Source: Pseudobacteriovorax antillogorgiicola (GTDB taxonomy: Bacteria > Bdellovibrionota_B > Oligoflexia > Oligoflexales > RGVZ01). Taken from it: a stretch of 64,000 bases of DNA. Where the stretch lies: positions 45,845 through 109,844 of the forward strand of contig CAMDHM010000003.1 in the NCBI GenBank assembly GCA_945898195.1, in the 5' to 3' direction. A model generated the notes under the pieces. The model was not told the origin of the DNA. It did no database searches and saw only the letters and a program-made list of their open reading frames with translations. Positions within the stretch are counted from its first letter, which is position 1. Every line of letters starts with the position of its first letter. Positions 56,414 through 64,000 of this stretch are shown piece after piece. The translations under genes and the position numbers were made by a program.

Positions 56414-57769
56414 GTGACCAAATTTAAATTCAAGCGAATTGCTTCGTTTTTGACCGTTTTTATTATTGCTTTTGCCGGGGCGTCTTGCACCCAAAATCAA
56501 TCAGGTGGAGCTGTGCCAGATGGTCACGGCACGTTTTTGGTTGGGCCAGAGAAACCGTGTGACGCAGCGGACCATTCCGGAGATTTGTCTAATGGCGGCC
56601 CTTCTGGGGTGGTCGGGGCCGTGACGACGGATGCCAATTATTCGTCCAGTGCATTATGGGCCTTAGATGTCGCGTCAGACCGCTTCTGTCCGGTGGCTAA
56701 TGGCGAGGCCGGTGATCTCTTTTTGACGGCTGCAGGGGATGGCCTTGCGCTCTTCTCTCGAAATTCCCCCCAATTGAACTACACGGTGTTCACAGCGGTC
56801 GGGCGTACCGCCCAACAGGCGACTCCATTTGCTGAAAATGGTGATCCGCACGCGCTTCGGGTTTTCCGCGACAATGGTTTCGTTCGATGGCTAATTGCGC
56901 TCAATACTGCAGGAAAATTGGTGGAATTTGATCCCGTTGTCCCTCGCGACGGGGCCGTCGTTGTGCCGGAGGACTTTAGCCGCGCTAGTCCCGGTAGGGT
57001 GTTTCGTCCCGTTGACGTGATCGTCGTCAAGGGCGAAGAAATTGATTCGAACCTTCTCAAGGCATCTAACGGTAAAGCAGATAGTGACTATATATTTGCC
57101 CTCCATCAGGGATTAGATCCCTACTACCGCAGTAATTACAGCCAGGCAATTTACGCTTGGCGACGGGTTGGGCCAGGTCAATATGCCGAAGTCGACCTTG
57201 ATAAATCCAAGGGGGGCATCAATGGGTTTCCCCTTCGTTTTTCGAACCCATCTGGTTTTATCCAAAAGAGTGGTCGGCTGTCGTTTCTTAGCCTTTGTTT
57301 CAGCACCGATGCGAACTGCTTGAAGGGTCTCGAATACATAGACCTCAAGGAAATTGGAAATATTCAGCAGACGCATCTGGTTACGGATTTTTCTGGGAAC
57401 GCCATATTTTCAAACGGGTTAACCGCCACTGGGGCGCCCGTTAAGCTGAATTCAAACGATAAGCCTGTGATGCTAGCTTTCTCTTCGGTGCAGATGTCAT
57501 CTGGAAAAAAAATAGTGTCCATCGATATTGCGTCCGGGGCGCTTCAAACGATTCATACTTTTGATGCGGCTGGCAGTGCTTATTACGGACTTGTTTATGA
57601 TCAGGTGTCTTCGAATCTCCTGGTTGGAGACACTGATGGAACGCGGGCATTAATGTGGGCCTATCCAATCGGACCCAATGGTAAGGCATCTGGTAAAGCG
57701 GCTCGTTACGTGTTGGCGAGTCCTGGCCAACCCTATCCAATGCAGCTTGTGCTTTTAAATAAAAATTAA
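56414..57769 (+). CDS. Hypothetical lipoprotein (beta-propeller-like)
   Basis: GTG start. Leader FLTVFIIAFAGASC-T carries a lipobox. Repetitive beta-rich sequence with no known family motif. Confidence 0.5.
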   Translation: MTKFKFKRIASFLTVFIIAFAGASCTQNQSGGAVPDGHGTFLVGPEKPCDAADHSGDLSNGGPSGVVGAVTTDANYSSSALWALDVASDRFCPVANGEAGDLFLTAAGDGLALFSRNSPQLNYTVFTAVGRTAQQATPFAENGDPHALRVFRDNGFVRWLIALNTAGKLVEFDPVVPRDGAVVVPEDFSRASPGRVFRPVDVIVVKGEEIDSNLLKASNGKADSDYIFALHQGLDPYYRSNYSQAIYAWRRVGPGQYAEVDLDKSKGGINGFPLRFSNPSGFIQKSGRLSFLSLCFSTDANCLKGLEYIDLKEIGNIQQTHLVTDFSGNAIFSNGLTATGAPVKLNSNDKPVMLAFSSVQMSSGKKIVSIDIASGALQTIHTFDAAGSAYYGLVYDQVSSNLLVGDTDGTRALMWAYPIGPNGKASGKAARYVLASPGQPYPMQLVLLNKN

Positions 57770-57783
57770 GCGTTCCCCGGCCG

Positions 57784-59814
57784 ATGAATTTTATCCAAAG
57801 GTTTATGGTCTTTTTTTTGGTTCCGCCCTTGCTGGCTGCTGCAGCAGGGGAGGCTGGCAAGCCTGACGCCAATCGGGTTGTTGTTCGGGGGCGAAGGCCT
57901 GATCAGATGCGACTTGAATATCCGGGATCTGGCCTTCGGTTTTTTCCCAATGGATCGTCTCAAGATGATCTCTCGACGCATATGAAACGACAGGCTGCGT
58001 TTGATGTTGTTCCCGCGGAACGACCGTCGCCCTTTGGTTTTGCTTTGCCTCGTGTGCGGGGACAGGATGCGCGTTTTACTCAGCTATTTATTGATGACTT
58101 GCCTCTCGCCGACCCCTACGCAGCATTACCCCTTATCGAGGAAATAGACCTTCCGGCATTTGATTCGGTCGAAACAAGTTCTGGGGTTGCGCCGTATGAA
58201 TTGCCGGCAATTTCCTTGCGCGGCGCGATGCGGTTTCAATTGTTTGATGATGAGCCCCTTTCAACCGAATCTGATTGTGCTGAAAATTTAACCGGAAAGT
58301 TGGGAATTCGAGTTTCAAGTCCGGTGGCAACTACCTCATGGAGCCGATTTGATTTCACTAAAAATGACGTAAAATCGCGCCTTTATTTTCGCCAACTGAA
58401 TAGTAAGGGAAATTACCGTTATTACGATGATAACGGAACCCCATTGAATCATGACGATGATGAGGTAATCCAACGAGGGAACAATCATCGGGCTTCTCAG
58501 TTTGTAATGCCTGCTTTTTGGTGGCGTCGGGGCGCAGCAACCTTGAAGGCATTTGGGGTTTGGAATGCTGCCCAACAAGGTTTGCCGTCGTTGATCCAAG
58601 CTTCGAAATCCAACTCTGCAAGCCAGACGAACGCCCTCGGGCTTGGCCGGATTTCAGTTGCTTGGGACCTTGGCTCTAATAATTCCATGAATGCGGCCGT
58701 AGGAATGATATCAGACCATCGCACGGTAAATGATCCGGGGGGCAGCATCCTTGTCGTTCGGGATCATGATGACCGTCGCATAATAACCCGATCTGGTGAA
58801 ATGGGGTGGCGCGGCGCTTGTGTGGGCGGTGTTGTTTTGTGTCGGGTTCTTATCCGTAGTGATCAGTCTGTGATCTCTCCTCAAGGATTATCACGCGGTG
58901 TTGTTCATGTGATTTCAGCAATTAGAACCGTAGCCCCTGAGTCAACACTTGGCCTCATCGAGGCAAAGGCTGACGTTGCAAAATATTCAGGGGGCGTGTC
59001 TGGGCAGGTCCAACCATCTTGGTCCGTCGGATGGAAGTTGCCTGCAATGTTTTCCTTTGAGTCTTACGCTCAGTTAGCGACCGAGGTCCGCCCGCCTAGT
59101 TTACTTGAGTCGGAAGGAGATGGTGCGAGAATAATATCGTCTCCCAGTCTTGCCGCCGAGAAAACAACGCACCTTGAATTAGGATTGGACCAGAAAAGCA
59201 GCGAGGATGATCGGGCAATTCATCTGGCGCTTTTTCGGGATGATCGAAGAGACGCTATTGTTATCGTTCCATCGAGCATTTCAAGCTACCGAGCAGTCAA
59301 TATTCCCGATACCAGTTCTATCATTGGAGTTGAACTTGCTGCGGAGAAATCGCTAGAAATTTTAAACGTCGGCGCGCTGCGAGGAAGTGCATCTTGGATT
59401 TCATTCCAATCTAGAACGGGCCAGGACAATCTTTTGATACCTGGTGTGCCTTCTGATCAGGGTGCAATCAGCATCTCTCAGCCGTTGTTTCGCAGAGCTT
59501 GGCGGTCTGTTGTTGCCCGTTGGACATCTCGTCGGCGCGGTGTTGTTTACCGGGATGTCGCAAATAATATTCGACTGCCCCCGTGGTGGATTCACGATGC
59601 TGCGTTCGATATCCGTTGGCGTTGTGAGATTGAAGGGTTATGTTCCCGTCCTGTTAATTTTGATATCGGGCTCGCCGTTAATAATTTAGCTGACACAATG
59701 GCGACGTCTTATTCAACTTCATCCGGTCAGCATGGAAAAACTGGATATTCAGATGTTTGGGGCGTTCCCTTACCTGGTCGGACATGGACCATGTCACTCA
59801 CTTCGAATTTTTAG
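57784..59814 (+). CDS. TonB-dependent-receptor-like outer membrane protein (plug + beta-barrel)
   Basis: Signal peptide, then plug-like blocks (VVVRGRR, PRVRGQDARFTQLFIDDLPLADPY, FDSVETSSGVA). Long barrel ending in the OMP C-terminal signature ...WTMSLTSNF. Confidence 0.65.
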   Translation: MNFIQRFMVFFLVPPLLAAAAGEAGKPDANRVVVRGRRPDQMRLEYPGSGLRFFPNGSSQDDLSTHMKRQAAFDVVPAERPSPFGFALPRVRGQDARFTQLFIDDLPLADPYAALPLIEEIDLPAFDSVETSSGVAPYELPAISLRGAMRFQLFDDEPLSTESDCAENLTGKLGIRVSSPVATTSWSRFDFTKNDVKSRLYFRQLNSKGNYRYYDDNGTPLNHDDDEVIQRGNNHRASQFVMPAFWWRRGAATLKAFGVWNAAQQGLPSLIQASKSNSASQTNALGLGRISVAWDLGSNNSMNAAVGMISDHRTVNDPGGSILVVRDHDDRRIITRSGEMGWRGACVGGVVLCRVLIRSDQSVISPQGLSRGVVHVISAIRTVAPESTLGLIEAKADVAKYSGGVSGQVQPSWSVGWKLPAMFSFESYAQLATEVRPPSLLESEGDGARIISSPSLAAEKTTHLELGLDQKSSEDDRAIHLALFRDDRRDAIVIVPSSISSYRAVNIPDTSSIIGVELAAEKSLEILNVGALRGSASWISFQSRTGQDNLLIPGVPSDQGAISISQPLFRRAWRSVVARWTSRRRGVVYRDVANNIRLPPWWIHDAAFDIRWRCEIEGLCSRPVNFDIGLAVNNLADTMATSYSTSSGQHGKTGYSDVWGVPLPGRTWTMSLTSNF

Positions 59815-59832
59815 CTATGGAAACTTACGCTG

Positions 59833-61941
59833 ATGAGTAACCGTTACTCGATTCTTTTTGATCCAATAAAAATTGGTCCCGTCACTGCGCCTAACCGGTT
59901 CTACCAAGTGCCTCATTGCAATGGCATGGGGTATAGGTTTCCCAGTACGCTGGCAGCCATGCGCGGTATGAAGGCCGAAGGCGGCTGGGGAGTGGTCTGC
60001 ACAGAAGAGGTAGAAATCCATCACACGACGGATTTGGCTCCATTTCATGAAGGTCGTTTATGGAGTGGTGGGGATATCCCCGGGCTTAAAATGATGTCGG
60101 ATGCAGTCCACGAGCATGGCGCTTTGTCGGCCATTCAACTGGTGCATAGCGGGATGAATGCAACAAATTTTTATTCCCGTGTTCCGCCGATGGGGCCTCG
60201 TTCCATGGGGACTTTAGGTGGCTGTGGATTTGATCCCGTGCAGTCACGTCGGATGGACAAGGCCGATATTCGCAATGTGAGGCGATGGCATCGTGCGGCT
60301 GCAATTCGGGCCAAAAATGCTGGTTTTGACATCATTTATTGTTACGCCGCTCATGGGCTCACGCTACCCATGCAATTTATGATGCGGCGGTACAATGATC
60401 GGACCGATGAATACGGGGGTTGCCTGGAAAACCGCGTTCGTTTTTTACGGGAAATTATTGAAGACACCAAAGATGCGGTTGGTGATCGATGTGCGGTCGC
60501 TGTGCGCTTTTCGGTGGATGAGCTTTTGGGGGATGTTGGAATAACCCATCAGGGCGAGGGGCATGACATCATTGCAATGTTGGCGGAAATCCCGGACCTT
60601 TGGGATGTGAACATCAGCAATTGGTCCAATGACTCATCGACATCGCGTTTTTCAAAAGAGGGGTTTCAAGAGCCTTATATTGCCTTCGTGAAAAAATTGA
60701 CGACGAAGCCTGTGGTCGGTGTTGGACGATATACGTCTCCTGACTCGATGGTTTCTGCGGTGAAGCGTGGCATTCTTGATTTTGTCGGGGCGGCGCGTCC
60801 ATCGATTGCAGATCCATTTTTGCCCAATAAAATTCGCGATAATCGTTTAGAAGATATCCGTGAGTGTATTGGCTGCAACATTTGCGTCACTGGTGACATG
60901 AAAAGCGTGCCCCTTCGATGCACCCAGAATCCGACGATGGGCGAAGAGTGGCGCCGTGGATGGCATCCAGAGAAAATTGCAGCAAAGAAATCTAACAAAG
61001 AAATTTTGGTGGTTGGCGGTGGGCCAGCTGGACTCGAGTGCGCGAGGGCGTTGGGTCAGCGCGGTTACGAGGTCACTTTGGTGGATGCCAGGCGAGAGCT
61101 TGGTGGGCGCGTTGTTCACGAGTCGAAGTTGCCTGGTTTAAGTGAGTGGCGGCGTGTTGCGGAGTGGCGATTGTCTTCTCCGCAGTCGCGGGCAAACGTC
61201 AAAATGTATCCCGACAGCCCAATGACGGCCGTCGACATTCTTGAGACGGGAATTAGAGACGTGATTATTGCGACTGGCGCTAAGTACCGGCGCGATGGAA
61301 TCGGTCGAACCATTCATGTGCCGATCCCTGGCCTTGATCGCCAGGGAGAGCCAGATGGATTACCGGTATACACCCCAGATGATTTGATGGACGAACGAGC
61401 CGCTCCTGGCTTTGGCGCCTCAGAACATGTGGTTATTTATGATGACGATCATTTTTATATGGGCGGCCTACTCGCCGAAAAGCTGGCGATATCCGGTTGC
61501 GCAGTTTCAATCGTGACACCATCTCCAATGATATCCTACTGGACCCAATTTACCTTGGAGCAGGAGCGAATTGAAAATCGATTGCTAGGACTCGGCGTGA
61601 GGTTTCTGGCTCGCCACAGAGTGACAGCGGTTAGGAAGGGTGAGATTGCGATTGAGTGTGAGATCACAGGTAAAACTAGAGACATTGAGGCGGGTGCCAT
61701 AGTGTTGGTGACCGATCGGCTACCGGTTGAGGATCTCTACCGCGAACTTATCCCAAGCCTTGAATCCGGGAAACTCGATTCCCTTCAGATTATTGGTGAT
61801 GCCCAAGCGCCAAACACCATCGCCCAAGCCATTTATGCTGGGCATCTTACGGCTCGGGAATTTGATGAAATGATTAACCCAGACGAAACACCGTTCAAGG
61901 TTGAACGGGTATCGTCTGGGTCAGCAGCCTTTGTACTTTAG
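59833..61941 (+). CDS. Old-yellow-enzyme/2,4-dienoyl-CoA-reductase/trimethylamine-dehydrogenase-like FMN + [4Fe-4S] + NAD(FAD)-binding oxidoreductase
   Basis: N-terminal OYE TIM-barrel (LFDPIKIGPVTAPNRF, HGALSAIQLVHSG, YAAHGLTLPMQF), Cys cluster CIGCNICV...C, then the dinucleotide fold VVGGGPAGLECA. Confidence 0.8.
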   Translation: MSNRYSILFDPIKIGPVTAPNRFYQVPHCNGMGYRFPSTLAAMRGMKAEGGWGVVCTEEVEIHHTTDLAPFHEGRLWSGGDIPGLKMMSDAVHEHGALSAIQLVHSGMNATNFYSRVPPMGPRSMGTLGGCGFDPVQSRRMDKADIRNVRRWHRAAAIRAKNAGFDIIYCYAAHGLTLPMQFMMRRYNDRTDEYGGCLENRVRFLREIIEDTKDAVGDRCAVAVRFSVDELLGDVGITHQGEGHDIIAMLAEIPDLWDVNISNWSNDSSTSRFSKEGFQEPYIAFVKKLTTKPVVGVGRYTSPDSMVSAVKRGILDFVGAARPSIADPFLPNKIRDNRLEDIRECIGCNICVTGDMKSVPLRCTQNPTMGEEWRRGWHPEKIAAKKSNKEILVVGGGPAGLECARALGQRGYEVTLVDARRELGGRVVHESKLPGLSEWRRVAEWRLSSPQSRANVKMYPDSPMTAVDILETGIRDVIIATGAKYRRDGIGRTIHVPIPGLDRQGEPDGLPVYTPDDLMDERAAPGFGASEHVVIYDDDHFYMGGLLAEKLAISGCAVSIVTPSPMISYWTQFTLEQERIENRLLGLGVRFLARHRVTAVRKGEIAIECEITGKTRDIEAGAIVLVTDRLPVEDLYRELIPSLESGKLDSLQIIGDAQAPNTIAQAIYAGHLTAREFDEMINPDETPFKVERVSSGSAAFVL

Positions 61942-61946
61942 CCTTT

Positions 61947-62756
61947 TTACTTTTTGATTTTCACGTAAACCGGAACCGAGCACTGAGCATCAAATGGTCC
62001 GTTGATGGTAACAAGAATGTCACTGGCACGGAATCCTTGGCCACCGTTCACAATGAAAGCACCTGGGAGGTTTGTCGACGGCGCTGCTGGATCGAACTTG
62101 CCTTCTGAAACGGTGCCTGCGCCGAGGACTTCGGCGTGCTTGCAGAAGTCAGGAATAGCAACCCGAATACCAATCACGATTCCGTCCATCGGATTACGTC
62201 CGCTTTGGACCACGGGAAGGTCACGGCCAAAACCACCGCTGTAGTTCACCACACCGATCAATTGCTCAGGGGCATCGGCGGGATTTCCAGGGTGGTTTGG
62301 GTCTTGTGGATTTGGAGCTGGATTTACGGGGATTGGTCCAGCGCCGTTTTCTAAGAGGGCGTAGAAGGTCAAATCACAAATTGACGGAATGGTCGCGTAT
62401 GGCTGCGTAATTTCAAACGAGATCCAGCTGAGGGTCCCATAGGCAACTTCAAAAGAGCCATCAGGAAAACGGTTCATACGTTGTGCGAGAAGTGGGCGTG
62501 GATTTCCTGTGTACTGAGCATTTTGAACAAATGCACGACAGTTTGGTCCGGAAAGTTGCCCAACCACACGGTTGGTCAACATCACGTTGTTGCCAAATGA
62601 ATAACCAGGGCTCATCACAACTCGGCCGCCGTCAACGACGATGCCAGTGGTGGTGGCCATGTGTCGGTAAGCTAGTTCTGCCCGAGCTTCACCGCTGGTG
62701 GACATTGCAATTCCGAGCCAGGCTGCCGCAGTAAATCCAAAAATTTTTCTAAGCAT
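61947..62756 (-). CDS. Hypothetical secreted protein
   Basis: 269 aa with a signal peptide (FGFTAAAWLGIAMSTSGEARA/E) and a central Pro/Asn-rich linker (PVNPAPNPQDPNHPGNPADAP). No known motif. Confidence 0.5.
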   Translation of the reverse strand: MLRKIFGFTAAAWLGIAMSTSGEARAELAYRHMATTTGIVVDGGRVVMSPGYSFGNNVMLTNRVVGQLSGPNCRAFVQNAQYTGNPRPLLAQRMNRFPDGSFEVAYGTLSWISFEITQPYATIPSICDLTFYALLENGAGPIPVNPAPNPQDPNHPGNPADAPEQLIGVVNYSGGFGRDLPVVQSGRNPMDGIVIGIRVAIPDFCKHAEVLGAGTVSEGKFDPAAPSTNLPGAFIVNGGQGFRASDILVTINGPFDAQCSVPVYVKIKK

Positions 62757-62773
62757 TTTCTTTTCTCCCTTAA

Positions 62774-64000
62774 TCAGTAACTCGGAAATTGTTCCGGGTT
62801 ACGTTCGTTCATCATGGAATAAATCACGTCGAAAACTTGCTCGGCATTCGGTTTGGAGTAGTAGTCTCCATCGGAAGCATATGCCGTCCGGTGCTCCCTC
62901 GCGGCGATGGTCCGCGGTGCAGAGTCCAAGTATTCGTATGCGCCCTGTTTTTCAAGGACTTCTTGCATCATAAAGGCGCTCGCCCCCCCTGGGACATCTT
63001 CGTCCAAAAAGACAGCTGCATTTGTTTTTCTTATGGATTCACCGATCCTGCCGTAACGGTCAAATGGGAGGAGGGTCTGCACGTCGATTAATTCAATGCT
63101 GATCCCAACATCCGCCAATAATTTCGCGGCCTCTTGAGCAATACGAACGCAGGCCCCGTAGGTAACCAAGGTGACGTCAGAGCCCTCGATAAGGACCTCC
63201 GGCACGCCCAGTGGGATGGTGTAGGTCCCTAGGTTGGCCGGCATGTCCTCTTTAACGCGGTAGCCATTCAAAACTTCAATGACCAAGGCCGGGTCGTCGC
63301 CTTGAAATAGCGTGTTGTACATACCGGCAGCCTGGACCATGTTTCGTGGAACGCAAACGTGAATGCCGCGGATTCCGTTGATGATCATACCCATGGGAGA
63401 GCCCGTGTGCCAAATGCCCTCCAGTCTGTGTCCCTTCGTCCGAATGATCACTGGAGCCATCTGTCCGCCGACGGTCCGGTAGTGCAAGGTGGCGAGATCA
63501 TCGCTCATTCCCTGAAAGCAGTAGAGCAGATAGTCCAGATACTGGATATCAACCAACGGACGTAAGCCGCGCATCGCCGCGCCCATTCCTTGGCCAAAGA
63601 TCGTTGCCTCGCGAATTCCAGTGTCCGTAATCCGGACCTCGCCAAATTTGGCCTGCAATCCGTCAAACTCCAGGTTTACGCCACCGAGTTTTCCGATGTC
63701 TTCGCCGACGATAAAAACCCGTGGATCGCGCTCCAAGTGGATCTCAAAAAATCTTTGGATGATCTGACGACCGTCCACTTTTTCCGGTGATTGGCCATAC
63801 GCTGGTTTTATTTCGGCGACGCCTAATGGTGATCGCGACGTCTCGCTGAAAAGGTGTGATGAATAACGGCGCTGGTGTTCCTGGGCGTAAGTCGCAAGCA
63901 TGACACGCAATTCTTCCTTGGTTTCCGTTGCTTCATCCCGCAAGGCAATCATCGTCCGTTTCATCGAACCTTGAATCGTCCGTCTCATAAGCGCTGGTGT
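62774..64000 (-). CDS. 2-oxoacid dehydrogenase E1 component, transketolase-like beta portion (probably the 3' part of a fused alpha/beta E1 gene; 5' end may lie beyond the window)
   Basis: VFIVGEDIGKLGGVNLEFDGLQAKFGEVRITDTGIREATIFGQGMGAAMRGLRP and TLVTYGACV...A...L....GISIELIDVQTLLPFD are the Transket_pyr and Transketolase_C patterns of E1-beta. The frame stays open upstream of ATG 63988 to the window edge. Confidence 0.75.
   Translation of the reverse strand, partial: TPALMRRTIQGSMKRTMIALRDEATETKEELRVMLATYAQEHQRRYSSHLFSETSRSPLGVAEIKPAYGQSPEKVDGRQIIQRFFEIHLERDPRVFIVGEDIGKLGGVNLEFDGLQAKFGEVRITDTGIREATIFGQGMGAAMRGLRPLVDIQYLDYLLYCFQGMSDDLATLHYRTVGGQMAPVIIRTKGHRLEGIWHTGSPMGMIINGIRGIHVCVPRNMVQAAGMYNTLFQGDDPALVIEVLNGYRVKEDMPANLGTYTIPLGVPEVLIEGSDVTLVTYGACVRIAQEAAKLLADVGISIELIDVQTLLPFDRYGRIGESIRKTNAAVFLDEDVPGGASAFMMQEVLEKQGAYEYLDSAPRTIAAREHRTAYASDGDYYSKPNAEQVFDVIYSMMNERNPEQFPSY

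Noticed and set aside
1-64000. A window-wide look for CRISPR arrays, rRNA/tRNA genes, IS elements or transposases, integrases, phage genes, toxin-antitoxin pairs, reverse transcriptases and restriction-modification genes.
   Set aside because: I found no regularly spaced direct repeats of 24-40 bp. No tRNA-like T-arm/acceptor pattern lies outside coding sequence; two GGTTCGAA-like strings fall inside CDS. No DDE, tyrosine-recombinase or serine-recombinase motifs and no inverted terminal repeats flanking any gene were seen. This was scanned by eye only, so short or degenerate elements could have been missed.

Overview
This 64 kb window is a densely coding, chromosome-like region from a Gram-negative (diderm) bacterium. 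The diderm call rests on the Tol system, TamB, an Omp85 protein, a TonB-dependent-receptor-like barrel and several lipoproteins. GC looks close to 50% by eye; nothing was computed. The gene content would fit a Bdellovibrionota or delta-proteobacteria-like lineage, but that cannot be established from the sequence alone.

About 50 CDS are supportable. Confident housekeeping calls are tolB, apbC/mrp, grx, smpB, an RluA-family pseudouridine synthase, pfk, tgt, corA, clpA and clpS. Also confident are a UbiD-family decarboxylase, metH, maf, fabG, a FabH-like KASIII, an aminotransferase and an OYE/FadH-like flavoprotein. They are interleaved with many signal-peptide or lipoprotein genes of unknown function.

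I found no rRNA, tRNA, tmRNA, CRISPR array, transposase, integrase or phage genes. This is not an obvious mobile or defence island.

The stretch most worth a second look is the co-directional cluster at 38088-49421:
- It encodes a receiver-like/TPR protein, then an ExeA-like P-loop protein whose Walker A Lys and Walker B Glu are both replaced.
- These are followed by TamB, a 1002-aa Omp85 protein, and a HEAT-repeat protein whose C-terminus carries an RNRAAH (HEPN-like Rx4H) motif.
- A FabG/KASIII/SDR lipid module follows directly on the same strand.

Other notable items:
- Two unusual fusions: Nudix + glycerate kinase, and Tgt + a truncated MnmC/MnmD-like domain.
- An ImmA/IrrE-like protein lacking HExxH.
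- A secreted protein with a triplicated two-Cys module.
- A 2Fe-2S ferredoxin 6 nt upstream of metH.
- A 443-nt intergenic region with a perfect hairpin and phased TGAG motifs.
- An unlisted 40-codon Arg/Lys-rich ORF with a good RBS.

All functional calls come from motif and family recognition by eye. No database search was run.
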